Assembly (NCBI GenBank): GCA_965217035.1
Contig: OZ244226.1
Coordinates: 2,586,146 to 2,650,145, forward strand
DNA: 64,000 nucleotides
Direction: 5' to 3'
Origin: Bacteriovoracaceae bacterium
GTDB lineage: Bacteria > Bdellovibrionota > Bacteriovoracia > Bacteriovoracales > Bacteriovoracaceae
The notes beneath the pieces are model-generated. The model made no database searches and was not told the origin of the DNA. It worked only from the letters and a program-made list of their open reading frames with translations. The position numbers were made by a program, and so were the translations under genes. Positions 10,590 to 19,639 of the stretch are shown in pieces. Each line of letters begins with the position of its first letter. Position 1 is the first letter of the stretch.

Positions 10590-10769
10590 CTTAAGCCAAA
10601 GCGTTTTCCTTAAAAGAGTTAAATCTTCGATCCTGACTAAGGTCTCTGTATTTGATAATAGAGACAACCTGACCGTTCTTAAATACTCGAAATCACGAAA
10701 CCGGATAATGGAAGCTTCAATCACCTGCGTGATTTGCTGTTAGTGAGCATTATCTCGCTTTCATTCCTA
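10590..10769. repeat. Island repeat copy
   Basis: Aligns with 7187-7305 and with 9355-9476. Confidence 0.9.
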
Positions 10770-10908
10770 CCAACATAAACCTTTGTAAATGTTACATTTG
10801 CATTGCGGTAAAAATAGAAGTCTTGTAGAACCATCAAATTAAAGAATTTATAAGTAAAGATTTTGAAAGAACTATTTGGTTTATGAATAGAGGTGCGAGG
10901 ATTTTTAA

Positions 10909-11184
10909 ATGAAGAGATTAGTTTTAGGAGTGATGATTTTATGGAGCTTCTCAGCCTTTTCTATGACAACAGAGTGTAAGAATGCAATATTGGATTTAAA
11001 AGTTGAAGCTTTAAAATCGGTGAACGCGATGAAAGCTATAGCCAGATTAGGGAATTTAAATGCTCAGATTGAGGTTAATCTGCTTGTTCAGAGTTATCTT
11101 CTTGAAGAGAAGGTTAGTTCTCTCAATACGCTATTAGAAAAAAGGAATGTAGCTCATACTAAATCTATAAGTTATCAAAGATGA
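10909..11184 (+). CDS. Small secreted hypothetical protein
   Basis: MKRLVLGVMILWSFSAFS leader. Confidence 0.65.
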   Translation: MKRLVLGVMILWSFSAFSMTTECKNAILDLKVEALKSVNAMKAIARLGNLNAQIEVNLLVQSYLLEEKVSSLNTLLEKRNVAHTKSISYQR

Positions 11185-11278
11185 TCTGAGTGACAAAAAT
11201 CAGACTTAAAAAGTAGAAACTAAATTTGCTCGATAAAACAAGTATTAGTTTGATGAATCAGAATTCAGGAGAAAAAAT

Positions 11279-11551
11279 ATGAAGAAGTTTTTAACAGTTT
11301 TTTTGGTAATAGGAAATTTGTCTATCTTTGCCCAGGACTCTGAGTTTGAAAGAGGATTTGAAGCAGGTCAAGAAATGTGTCAAGTAGCGAAAGAGGCTTG
11401 GAACTGTTCTTTAACATGCAAAAGCGGTTATACTTCAGCAAAATCTTATTTTTCCTATGGTAGAACTAGGGCTGAAGCTATACTTAATAACTACTGTGCA
11501 GTAGATAAGAAAGCATATGATCCTAATAAAGTAGATTGCAAAAAACTCTAA
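11279..11551 (+). CDS. Small secreted Cys-rich protein
   Basis: AGGAG RBS, MKKFLTVFLVIGNLSIFA leader, FERGFEAG motif, 5 Cys. Confidence 0.75.
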   Translation: MKKFLTVFLVIGNLSIFAQDSEFERGFEAGQEMCQVAKEAWNCSLTCKSGYTSAKSYFSYGRTRAEAILNNYCAVDKKAYDPNKVDCKKL

Positions 11552-11712
11552 AAATCAACTAAGTCTGGACGACAAATTTCAGGCTTAAATAATAAAAAGA
11601 AAGTATTGCTCAAGAAACTAAGTTTTTCGAGCAACAAATAAAAAGCAAAGAATTTAAATATAAACGGTCTTAAAGAAGCATGCCCTTCTCGAGTAAAGGA
11701 TAAGGAGTAGAA

Positions 11713-12042
11713 ATGAATAAGCTATTAATAGGATTAGTGGCATTAGGAAGTATTTCTTCTTTCGCTAATGCTGGAAAGTGTTTGGACCTAGAAGGAAGCT
11801 ATACAGAGACTTTAAAAAAAATAAGACTGGGGCATACATTCGAGTCACATTATCCTGAATGGAAATATGAAATGATAGAAGGGGCTATTATGATTGGTAA
11901 CTGTGCAGATAGAATCATTTCAAAATCTAAAGACAATAAATACTTTGCTGTAGAATATTTACATGAAAGCTTTCTTGATGATAACACTTGCGTTTATAAG
12001 CAAGTTGCTGCAACAGGCTTAACTGTTTGCCTAAAGGACTAA
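11713..12042 (+). CDS. Small secreted Cys-rich protein
   Basis: AGGAG RBS, MNKLLIGLVALGSISSFA leader, 4 Cys. Confidence 0.78.
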   Translation: MNKLLIGLVALGSISSFANAGKCLDLEGSYTETLKKIRLGHTFESHYPEWKYEMIEGAIMIGNCADRIISKSKDNKYFAVEYLHESFLDDNTCVYKQVAATGLTVCLKD

Positions 12043-12095
12043 AAATAAATTTTCTTTTTTAAGGCCAAAGTGTTTCAGGAGAGACATTCTAATCG

Positions 12096-12242
12096 TTATT
12101 TAAGATCAGACTGACTTTATAAATCAAATTAAAGAATCTTTGAAATCTCTCATTAAAGTTTACTTGAAGTAAACTTTGTATCATATTTTCGATGCCCTTA
12201 AATTAAGAGAGTGGCATATGTAGCAAGTAAAAAGAAAGAATC
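12096..12242 (+). repeat. Portal-upstream module, copy 2 with portal stub
   Basis: Copy of 8167-8313; encodes only VAYVASKKKES. Confidence 0.92.
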
Positions 12243-12499
12243 CAAACAGAAAGAACAACCAGCATGCCATTCAAGCTAAAATGCCCTAATCATCCTCGTC
12301 ACTGACTACGACTCGTCGCATACGGTGGTAAACCTCAGTGTCTCGTTTGTCATTCCTTGCAGAAAGTGTGATTTAGAGAGAGTTGTGACCAAATCTGTAA
12401 AAGCTTTTGATGGGAGGAGGGCGAGATAAATCTTGTTCTATCCGAATTGATCTCAATATGCTAAAAATAATTCCTAGATAAACTTACTGGAGAGAACTT

Positions 12500-13075
12500 A
12501 TGAAAATATCATTATTAGTTATTGTCTTACTTTTTGGCTGTGCGACTCAAGAGAAAAAAAAGATTTCTGATTCTAATATAAAACCTGGGACCACTGTAAA
12601 AATAGGTGGCAAAGAACATAAGTTAAGTTCTGGAAGTTTAAAGGTGGGGCAGAATTTTATAAAGAAAGCCCAGAACACTGGAATTGATTTTAAATTTAAA
12701 AACAAGGTCACTGTCGTGAGTATTGTTCCTTCAATCGATACTCCAACTTGTGAAGCTCAGACACATATTCTCGGTGAGACTGAGGGGCTAGAAGGAATAG
12801 AGCTTGTGACAATATCAAGTGATCTTCCTATGGCGCAGAAGAGATTTGCAAAAGAAGCTAAATTAGAAAACATCTCTTATTTTTCTGACTACAAATTCGG
12901 AAAGTTTGGCTCAAAACTCGGCCTAAAAATTAAAGGACCAGAACTTCTCACAAGGGGAGTGGTTGTTTTAGACAAAGATGCGAAGATTCATTATATGCAA
13001 TTTGTAGACGAGATTGTTGAGCTTCCTAATATGAGAAAGGCTTTTGAAGTCGCGAAGAATCTTAATCAAAAATAA
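12500..13075 (+). CDS. tpx: Thiol peroxidase (Tpx-type), lipoprotein
   Basis: SIVPSIDTPTC, ISSDLPMAQKRF, R-GVVVLD; lipobox LFGC. Confidence 0.85.
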   Translation: MKISLLVIVLLFGCATQEKKKISDSNIKPGTTVKIGGKEHKLSSGSLKVGQNFIKKAQNTGIDFKFKNKVTVVSIVPSIDTPTCEAQTHILGETEGLEGIELVTISSDLPMAQKRFAKEAKLENISYFSDYKFGKFGSKLGLKIKGPELLTRGVVVLDKDAKIHYMQFVDEIVELPNMRKAFEVAKNLNQK

Positions 13076-13076
13076 A

Positions 13077-14504
13077 TTAAAAGCTCGTTTGAATATAGCG
13101 AATATTCTTACCTTTTTTAATTTTTTTGATAGCTCTAATTTTTAAAAGATTAGCTAAATGAACTTGAACGGTTCGCTTCTTTGAGTTTCTTGCTTGAGAG
13201 ATTTCTTCGGAGGATAAAGGATTTTCGAGTAATTTGAAGATTTCTCGTTCAGTTGGAGTCAAAGATAAGTCGATATTATTATCTGAGAAATCAATCCTCA
13301 ACGAAGATTCTGTCTTAAGTTCTAAGAATCTTTTCTTCAATCGAACTTTTAAATCAATCTTTTCTTTTTCACAGAATTGATTGAATCGTTTTGTTGCTTG
13401 AAACAACTTATCACGGCTATATTTGGGATCGAAGAAGCTATCATCGAAAATCAGGTCACAAGCTTCAGGACTTGTGTACCGTCGATAAGAATCTCCTAGA
13501 GCTAAATTCAGAATACGATTGAATGTTCCTTTTGCTTCATTGGGGAGTTTTATATTATTGATTTCTCCTTCTTTAAGGTTAATTTCAATTGCTTTATTAT
13601 TTCCTTGAATGGTAACGATAGAGTCATTCGGGGTTTTTATTCTCTCTCGAAAGCTTCTATGAGGGGTTCTCCAGTATATTTCCTTCAATTTCTCCGAGTC
13701 CTGATTTGACTGAGCTAGATGAACATCGACAAACCGAATGGGTTCATAGGATTTCAATTTAATTGCTGTTTCTTTGAATTCTCTAAGCTCTGTTTCATCG
13801 ATCTTTCTTTTTTGTAGTATTTGAGAAAGAAAGACATTTCTCTGATATTCGAGGTAACCAAAGTCCCTGAGATTTTGAAAAACTTTCCACGCTTCCTTTA
13901 AATGGAAATCAGCTTCATAAACTTGTTTTTTGTTGAGAAAGTATTGAGCATAAATTCTTTGAGTGTGAGCGATAAGCAAAGCATTTTCTTGAGGATCGAG
14001 TTGTTTTAATAACGTTTTAAAAATGACCTCTGTCTTATTATCAACTGACTCAGAGTAGGCGAGTAGGAGGTTCACCTGGCCAACTAGCTTATCATAGTTG
14101 CTTATTAAAGAACTTTGAACGTAAGCTTCCAGTTCTGGTATCGCAGAGGCGTAGTCCCATTTTTGAAACTTAATAAAAGCTTTAGCCAAGTAGACGCGAG
14201 GTTGTTGAGCTTCATTGATTCGTTGGAAAATCCTTAAAGCTTCTCTGTTGACTCCGAGCCAATGAAGGTTGAAGCCGTATTCTACCAGCGCCTCATCACT
14301 AAGGTTGTTAGATTTTCTTCCCGTTTCATAAACGAAAGGGCGTAGCTTTTGAATGGCAAGTTGGCTGAGAGAGAGACGCCTGCAGAGCTCTGCAAACAAG
14401 GCCAATTCAGAGGACTTTTTGAGCTTATAGGCCTGGAGTTGGTCTTTTGCTTGGTTAAGGCTTCCCTTGGTGACCAAGTTCTTGATTTTAAGGATAGAGC
14501 TCAT
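13077..14504 (-). CDS. TPR-like protein with C-terminal winged-HTH; putative regulator
   Basis: Helical repeats, then LSSEEISQ...KRTVQVHLANLLKIRAIKKIKKGKNIRY wHTH. Confidence 0.65.
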   Translation of the reverse strand: MSSILKIKNLVTKGSLNQAKDQLQAYKLKKSSELALFAELCRRLSLSQLAIQKLRPFVYETGRKSNNLSDEALVEYGFNLHWLGVNREALRIFQRINEAQQPRVYLAKAFIKFQKWDYASAIPELEAYVQSSLISNYDKLVGQVNLLLAYSESVDNKTEVIFKTLLKQLDPQENALLIAHTQRIYAQYFLNKKQVYEADFHLKEAWKVFQNLRDFGYLEYQRNVFLSQILQKRKIDETELREFKETAIKLKSYEPIRFVDVHLAQSNQDSEKLKEIYWRTPHRSFRERIKTPNDSIVTIQGNNKAIEINLKEGEINNIKLPNEAKGTFNRILNLALGDSYRRYTSPEACDLIFDDSFFDPKYSRDKLFQATKRFNQFCEKEKIDLKVRLKKRFLELKTESSLRIDFSDNNIDLSLTPTEREIFKLLENPLSSEEISQARNSKKRTVQVHLANLLKIRAIKKIKKGKNIRYIQTSF

Positions 14505-14649
14505 AAGTGCATTATATTATCAGTTTTATTGTGCGGCAAGTTGGCGTATAAATTCTCCAGGATGTTGATGATTTAGACGGTCTTTATCGTTTTTACAGTC
14601 AAAAACAAATTGGTAACGAAAAACATTAAAATATCAAAAGGAGACAAAA

Positions 14650-15417
14650 ATGAAAAAGTTACTTTTATTGGCCTTGCTTATGGGGCTTAATCTTCATGCA
14701 CAGACTTTAGAAATTGTAACAGATGAGAGTGGAGGAGTTAATGGACCAGATGGTGTTGAACAAACGGGTCAGAAGATTGATCCTTCCCCCCAAATAAAAA
14801 GCCGACGATTAACTCTTTCTGAGATGAATTCAATTGTAGGAAAATGTATTTTTCAAGAAAAACTAAAACCTATTATGAAAAAAGTTTTTGGAAACCAAGA
14901 AGCTGAAAAGATGCATTGTAAGGTTTCTAATCAACCGAGTCATCATTCGTATGCAATCGAAGATTTTTGGAACTTTTATAATCAATTGGATAATTATAAC
15001 GACCTTTACCTTGCTCCAAGTATATTTTGTATTCCAAAAGATTCCGATCCAACAAATCCTAATTCAGAGCTTTATCCCAGGCTCTATCTTTCTTCTAACT
15101 TGTCGATAATGCTTTCAAAGGGTGAGGTGATTAATTTTTTATCATCATTACAGGGAGTTAATAGCAATATAGGCTTTGTCAGCCATCATCAAGATCTTTC
15201 AAGTATTAGAGTTGGTGTTAAAATTGATACGAGTAAGTTTGATGTTTTTGGAAGGTATCAATCAGAACTTATTATTGACTCTAAAAATATAAAGTATCTA
15301 AATGTTGATTCTAATAAGATTAATTTAATAAATAGTGAAACGTTAGTAAGTAGTGACATCTATGCTCATGAGAAAGAAGTTGAACAATGTATTTTAAATC
15401 AAGTTTCTCAATTTTAA
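14650..15417 (+). CDS. Secreted hypothetical protein
   Basis: MKKLLLLALLMGLNLHA leader, Gly-rich SGGVNGPDG. Confidence 0.75.
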   Translation: MKKLLLLALLMGLNLHAQTLEIVTDESGGVNGPDGVEQTGQKIDPSPQIKSRRLTLSEMNSIVGKCIFQEKLKPIMKKVFGNQEAEKMHCKVSNQPSHHSYAIEDFWNFYNQLDNYNDLYLAPSIFCIPKDSDPTNPNSELYPRLYLSSNLSIMLSKGEVINFLSSLQGVNSNIGFVSHHQDLSSIRVGVKIDTSKFDVFGRYQSELIIDSKNIKYLNVDSNKINLINSETLVSSDIYAHEKEVEQCILNQVSQF

Positions 15418-16325
15418 TTTTATTCTTTAGCCTAGGGTATCCAACCCTGGGCTTTTCTTCTTTATGTGATCCATTCAATGAGATCAATAGAGAGTACGAG
15501 AAGCTTAAGTCTAATCAAATCGAAGAAAGAATCAAGGCTCACGACTCTATTGATAAACTTCGAATTGAAATTGCAAAAGAACTTAATTTTAAAATATTTA
15601 ATTCCGATTTTTCTTTTAAGAGTTTTAAAACATGTAGTAATAAATATTTAATGAAGCTAGTGATGGAGTCTTTAACCCCATACTTTAATAAATCTCTTTT
15701 TGAAAAGCTTAAAGAATTAGAAGTCGTTAAAATTTCAAAACTTGTTTCTGATTTTGAAAAAGGGAGATTATTTACCTTAAATAGCGAGATAAAAAGAAAA
15801 GGAGCCTTTCATCACGAGTCAAAGAAGATCTCGATTAATATTACTGATATAAACTTTGAAGAGCTGATCATTATAGCAGTCCATGAATTAGTCCACCTTA
15901 ATGATGAAAAACTTCTAGAATCTATTTATTCATACTCGAAACCTGAAACTTTTAAGGAAATTCAAAAAATTCTCCTTAAGAAAGAGTGGAGTGAGCTCAC
16001 AAGAGAAGAAAAAGAAATGATCGACAATCATGCCATGATGGGACTCGACAAAGGAATCAATGCCGAATTTCGTGCTTGGTGGTATACAATTGAAATTTAT
16101 CAAGAACTTGGTTACGAAGTTGATTGGATGGAAGAGCTTATTGAAACGATAGGAGAAGTGACTGAGAAAAATCTCTATCAGTACCTTTTGAATAATTCTA
16201 AAGAGCTCAGTCATGATTTTTATCTTCAATCATCGATGTACAGGAAGCGAACTCAAAAGCTTCTTAATAAATTAAGACGAAATCCTCCTTCCTTGGAATA
16301 CTTCGAAGCTTTCTTTAAACTCTAA
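15387..16325 (+). CDS. Putative secreted zincin-like metallopeptidase
   Basis: AVHELVH plus downstream NAEFRAW third-ligand-like motif. Confidence 0.6.
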   Translation: MYFKSSFSILILFFSLGYPTLGFSSLCDPFNEINREYEKLKSNQIEERIKAHDSIDKLRIEIAKELNFKIFNSDFSFKSFKTCSNKYLMKLVMESLTPYFNKSLFEKLKELEVVKISKLVSDFEKGRLFTLNSEIKRKGAFHHESKKISINITDINFEELIIIAVHELVHLNDEKLLESIYSYSKPETFKEIQKILLKKEWSELTREEKEMIDNHAMMGLDKGINAEFRAWWYTIEIYQELGYEVDWMEELIETIGEVTEKNLYQYLLNNSKELSHDFYLQSSMYRKRTQKLLNKLRRNPPSLEYFEAFFKL

Positions 16326-16599
16326 TAGTGTTTTTGAGAAAAGCATTATAGAACCTATTCATCTGAATTATTTTCTTAAGCCTTCTCGTAAAAACTTGTT
16401 CTCAAAATAAACCAAGATAGACGAATTCTCTATAATTTTTACAGGTTTCTTCTTTATCAAATTTTCACAAAGCTTGCAGATTTTTATGAGAATGTTATAA
16501 CCCCTGACAGTTTCGTCATGGATTCGATGAGCGTTTAACAAGGGAAGAAAAGCTTGGTCCCTTTCCCGGGACCTTTCTTTTCTGCTTAGGGGTGGTGAA

Positions 16600-16938
16600 A
16601 TGAAAATTCTATTAATCCTTTTATTCACTGGTTCAGTAAACATATTTGCTTCAGATGAGTGCGAAGTTATGTCTCACGAGAGAAATCTACCTAAAGAAAT
16701 GATAGAATTACTTGATCGAAAAGGTTATCGACTTTCCTATTTTGATCTTGATAATTACTCTCGAGATTCTATCGATTCGATCTATAAAATTAAGTTCAAA
16801 CAAGTTTATAGAGGGGCATTTGGTGATCCGGTTTACAAGATGAAGTTCAAAGGAAATGGGATCAAGATTAAGGCAAAAGGTCTTAATAAGTCTGAATTGG
16901 TGCAAGTTCTGACAGAAGAACTCAATTCTTGCTTATAA
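16600..16938 (+). CDS. Small secreted hypothetical protein
   Basis: Signal peptide, terminal Cys pair. Confidence 0.65.
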   Translation: MKILLILLFTGSVNIFASDECEVMSHERNLPKEMIELLDRKGYRLSYFDLDNYSRDSIDSIYKIKFKQVYRGAFGDPVYKMKFKGNGIKIKAKGLNKSELVQVLTEELNSCL

Positions 16939-16986
16939 TTCCTACTTTACGAATTTTTTGAAAGGTTCTACCCTTGAATTAAGGAT

Positions 16987-17328
16987 ATGAACTTTTTAAA
17001 AATAATTATTCTATTCTCTTTGATGTCTTGTTCTTCGGTTTATGAATCTGGAAAAGCTTCTTGGTATGGAAAGAAGTTTCACGGAAAGAAAACGGCAAGT
17101 GGGCAAGTGTACAATATGTACCTCATGACAGCGGCTCACAAAGAGCTTCCTTTTGGAACCAAAGTAAAAGTTAAGAATGAAAAAACAGGTAAAGAAGTCA
17201 CTGTTAGGATTAATGACAGAGGTCCTTTTATTAATGGACGTGTTATTGATCTCTCAAAAAAAGCTGCTCAGAGACTTGGAATTATTCAAGAAGGCGAGGC
17301 GGAAGTTAGTCTTAGGCTCGTCGAATAA
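16987..17328 (+). CDS. rlpA: RlpA-family lytic transglycosylase (DPBB), lipoprotein
   Basis: GKASWYG, TAAHKELPFGT, VRINDRGPF, IDLSKKAA. Confidence 0.92.
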   Translation: MNFLKIIILFSLMSCSSVYESGKASWYGKKFHGKKTASGQVYNMYLMTAAHKELPFGTKVKVKNEKTGKEVTVRINDRGPFINGRVIDLSKKAAQRLGIIQEGEAEVSLRLVE

Positions 17329-17374
17329 CATAAAGTTTACAGCTAATCTTTCCTTATAATGATATAATAGTTTT

Positions 17375-17908
17375 ATGAAAGCTCTTATTTTGCTTTTATT
17401 CACATCTAACCTTTGGTCTTCAGATCTTCAGAAGTTTCAAAAGGTTTTTAAAAAGGCAACTTTATTGGAAGAGATAAAGATCTCTGATCCGATCATGGAT
17501 AAACCTACCAATACTAATTTATTGGTTATTAAGAATGGAGATTCAATTATTGGTTATGCTCGTGAGATAAAAACAGATACAGGTTGTGATTCAGGATGTT
17601 TACCTGTCATCTTTACGCTCTATTATAGTGCTGACAAGAAGTTTATTGAATTGACCTCAAAACCTGGTTTGACCAAGAAGAATCATGCACGATTTACGCC
17701 GATGGATTATTTTAACTTGAAATCAATTTTAAATCGAAATCCACCGAGCTTCTCGAAAATTAAGCATCCTTATGAGCTCGTCGATATGGTGTCAGGAGCG
17801 ACAAAAAAAGAATATGTACCTGATGTCGTTGCAAAAGCCGCTTACACTAGCCTTCGTGTTAATACTTATAATCAACAGACATTAAAGTTTTTAAGTCGTC
17901 TTAAGTAA
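17375..17908 (+). CDS. Secreted FMN-binding-domain protein
   Basis: VDMVSGAT resembles the covalent flavinylation motif; CxxGC. Confidence 0.6.
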   Translation: MKALILLLFTSNLWSSDLQKFQKVFKKATLLEEIKISDPIMDKPTNTNLLVIKNGDSIIGYAREIKTDTGCDSGCLPVIFTLYYSADKKFIELTSKPGLTKKNHARFTPMDYFNLKSILNRNPPSFSKIKHPYELVDMVSGATKKEYVPDVVAKAAYTSLRVNTYNQQTLKFLSRLK

Positions 17909-18362
17909 GATGTGAATCTGAAATATTCACCAATTGATAGTTTAATTTAGCGACGAGTTTTTCTTCTTGATAAACCTGAGATTGGAATTCAAAAAGGTTA
18001 TCGACATGATGAGTGAGCTTTGTCTTTATGATGATCTCCTTTTCTGGCTTTGTAATCGCCGTATACTTTGCATTCATCACTTTTCTAAGAACACCAAGGG
18101 CATAACCTTTTGTTTCTTCTGAATTATAGTCTTCAACAGGCGAGTAGTACTCAGCAATTATTAATCCCGCAGATTGAGTACACATTTCTTGAATCATGGC
18201 CCCTGGTACGACTGGAGCATTGGGGAAATGGCCTTGGATAAAGTGGTCTGATAATTTACAGGTTTTGCTTGTTTGTATAAAAAGCTCGTCATGTTCTATG
18301 ACTTGATCAACCATTAAATAAGGCGCTCTATGGTGAAGGCGTTTTGTAATGTTCATTTTCAT
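17901..18362 (-). CDS. FabZ/FabA-like hotdog dehydratase
   Basis: LHHRAPYLMVD, GHFPNAPVVPGAMIQE. Confidence 0.85.
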   Translation of the reverse strand: MKMNITKRLHHRAPYLMVDQVIEHDELFIQTSKTCKLSDHFIQGHFPNAPVVPGAMIQEMCTQSAGLIIAEYYSPVEDYNSEETKGYALGVLRKVMNAKYTAITKPEKEIIIKTKLTHHVDNLFEFQSQVYQEEKLVAKLNYQLVNISDSHLT

Positions 18363-18488
18363 AACCTAAGCATTTTATCTCTCATCAGCACTAAGACATG
18401 TCTTAGACATTGGCTTAATTGAGATTTTACAGTCGTTTGGCAAGAAGTCTGAAGGCTAGAAGACTATTATAATAATAACGGAGGTTAA

Positions 18489-19220
18489 ATGCAGTTCAGT
18501 TTCCATCGTCATCAAACAGGTCTTATTATTGGAGCATCCAGTGAAATCGCTCGAGCAGTGGGCGAAAGACTCAACGAAAAACACCCAGGAATAGAACTCT
18601 ATTCACTTGCTAGAAATAAAGAAAAAGGAATTGATTTTGATTCCAATAAATACTTTTTTAATTATCTGGATGAGCAGGGGTGGGATACTTTTTCGGCTCT
18701 TGTTGATGGCAAAAGATTTGATTTCATTTTAAATTTTGTTGGAGCTTTGAATGGTAATGAAGAAGAGCCAGAAAAGAACCTTCAGTCATTGAATTTTAAA
18801 AATTTAATTAATAGTTACGAGGTGAATATTAAACCTCTTCTTCTCGCTATTCAAAAATTAGAAAAGAAGTTAAAGCGTGATGAAACAACATTGGTTGCTT
18901 CACTTTCTGCGAAAGTTGGATCCATTACTGAAAATGAGCTTGGAGGTTGGTATTCTTATCGAATGGCAAAATCGGGACTTAATATGTTTCTTAAGACGCT
19001 CTCAAGAGAGTTCTACTTTAAAAAACCGAAATGCATTGTCAATGCGATCCATCCAGGAACGACAAAAACACGTTTCACTCAAAATTATCTTTCTTCTGTG
19101 AAGCATAAAATCCATGAACCTGAAGAGACAGCAAAAAATCTTATCGATGTTTGGGAAAGTTTAGGGTATGAAAATACGGGAGAGTTTCGTAATTGGGATG
19201 GAGAGAAGCTTCCGTGGTAG
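18489..19220 (+). CDS. Short-chain dehydrogenase, C-factor (CsgA-like) subfamily
   Basis: IIGASSEIA, SAKVGSI, GGWYSYRMAK, IHPGTT, WDGEKLPW. Confidence 0.88.
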   Translation: MQFSFHRHQTGLIIGASSEIARAVGERLNEKHPGIELYSLARNKEKGIDFDSNKYFFNYLDEQGWDTFSALVDGKRFDFILNFVGALNGNEEEPEKNLQSLNFKNLINSYEVNIKPLLLAIQKLEKKLKRDETTLVASLSAKVGSITENELGGWYSYRMAKSGLNMFLKTLSREFYFKKPKCIVNAIHPGTTKTRFTQNYLSSVKHKIHEPEETAKNLIDVWESLGYENTGEFRNWDGEKLPW

Positions 19221-19639
19221 AGACTGTTTTTATTCTTAATATTTTGAGTGGTTTTGCAATGCTGGGAGTGATCTTACTCGTTCAAGTTGTTCATTATCCA
19301 AGTTTTCCTTACATATCGGAGAAAAACTTTCGAGTTTTTCATGTCTTTCATTCAGTAGAAATTACAAAGATTGTTTTACCATTAATGTTGATAGAACTCT
19401 TTACAGCTTTTTATTTTTCGATTGCTCATTGGAGTTACCTCTGGACTCTTAATCTTCTTGTTGTAATAGGGTTGTGGGGGATTACTTTTTTATGGAGTGT
19501 TCCGAGCCATAGTAAGTTAGAAAAAGGTTTTAATGAGAATGCTTTTCAAGCTCTAATGCGTTCAAACTGTTTACGAACCTGCCTATGGGGGATAAGAGCA
19601 TTTATTCTTTCATATATTCTTTGGGAGAGACTTCAATGA
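19214..19639 (+). CDS. Membrane protein
   Basis: Four hydrophobic segments, VQVVHYPSF motif; GTG start assumed. Confidence 0.7.
   Translation: MVETVFILNILSGFAMLGVILLVQVVHYPSFPYISEKNFRVFHVFHSVEITKIVLPLMLIELFTAFYFSIAHWSYLWTLNLLVVIGLWGITFLWSVPSHSKLEKGFNENAFQALMRSNCLRTCLWGIRAFILSYILWERLQ

Larger units (their letters stand above)
1285..12271. mobile_element. tRNA-Arg-anchored genomic island / decayed prophage remnant with cargo array
   Basis: Starts at tRNA 3' end; contains terminase and portal fragments, IS5s, repeats and orphans; core-type genes resume at tpx; no integrase visible. Confidence 0.75.

Noticed and set aside
10518..10724. 68-aa minus-strand ORF (and 9249..9434) as functional genes
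   Set aside because: They coincide with repeat copies that are broken in other copies; treated as remnants.
7187..10769. CRISPR array
   Set aside because: Repeats are long, degenerate and separated by whole genes; no cas genes.
1285..12271. Classical integron or intact prophage
   Set aside because: No tyrosine recombinase and no recognisable attC (RYYYAAC...GTTRRRY) boxes; genes lie on both strands; phage genes are fragments.
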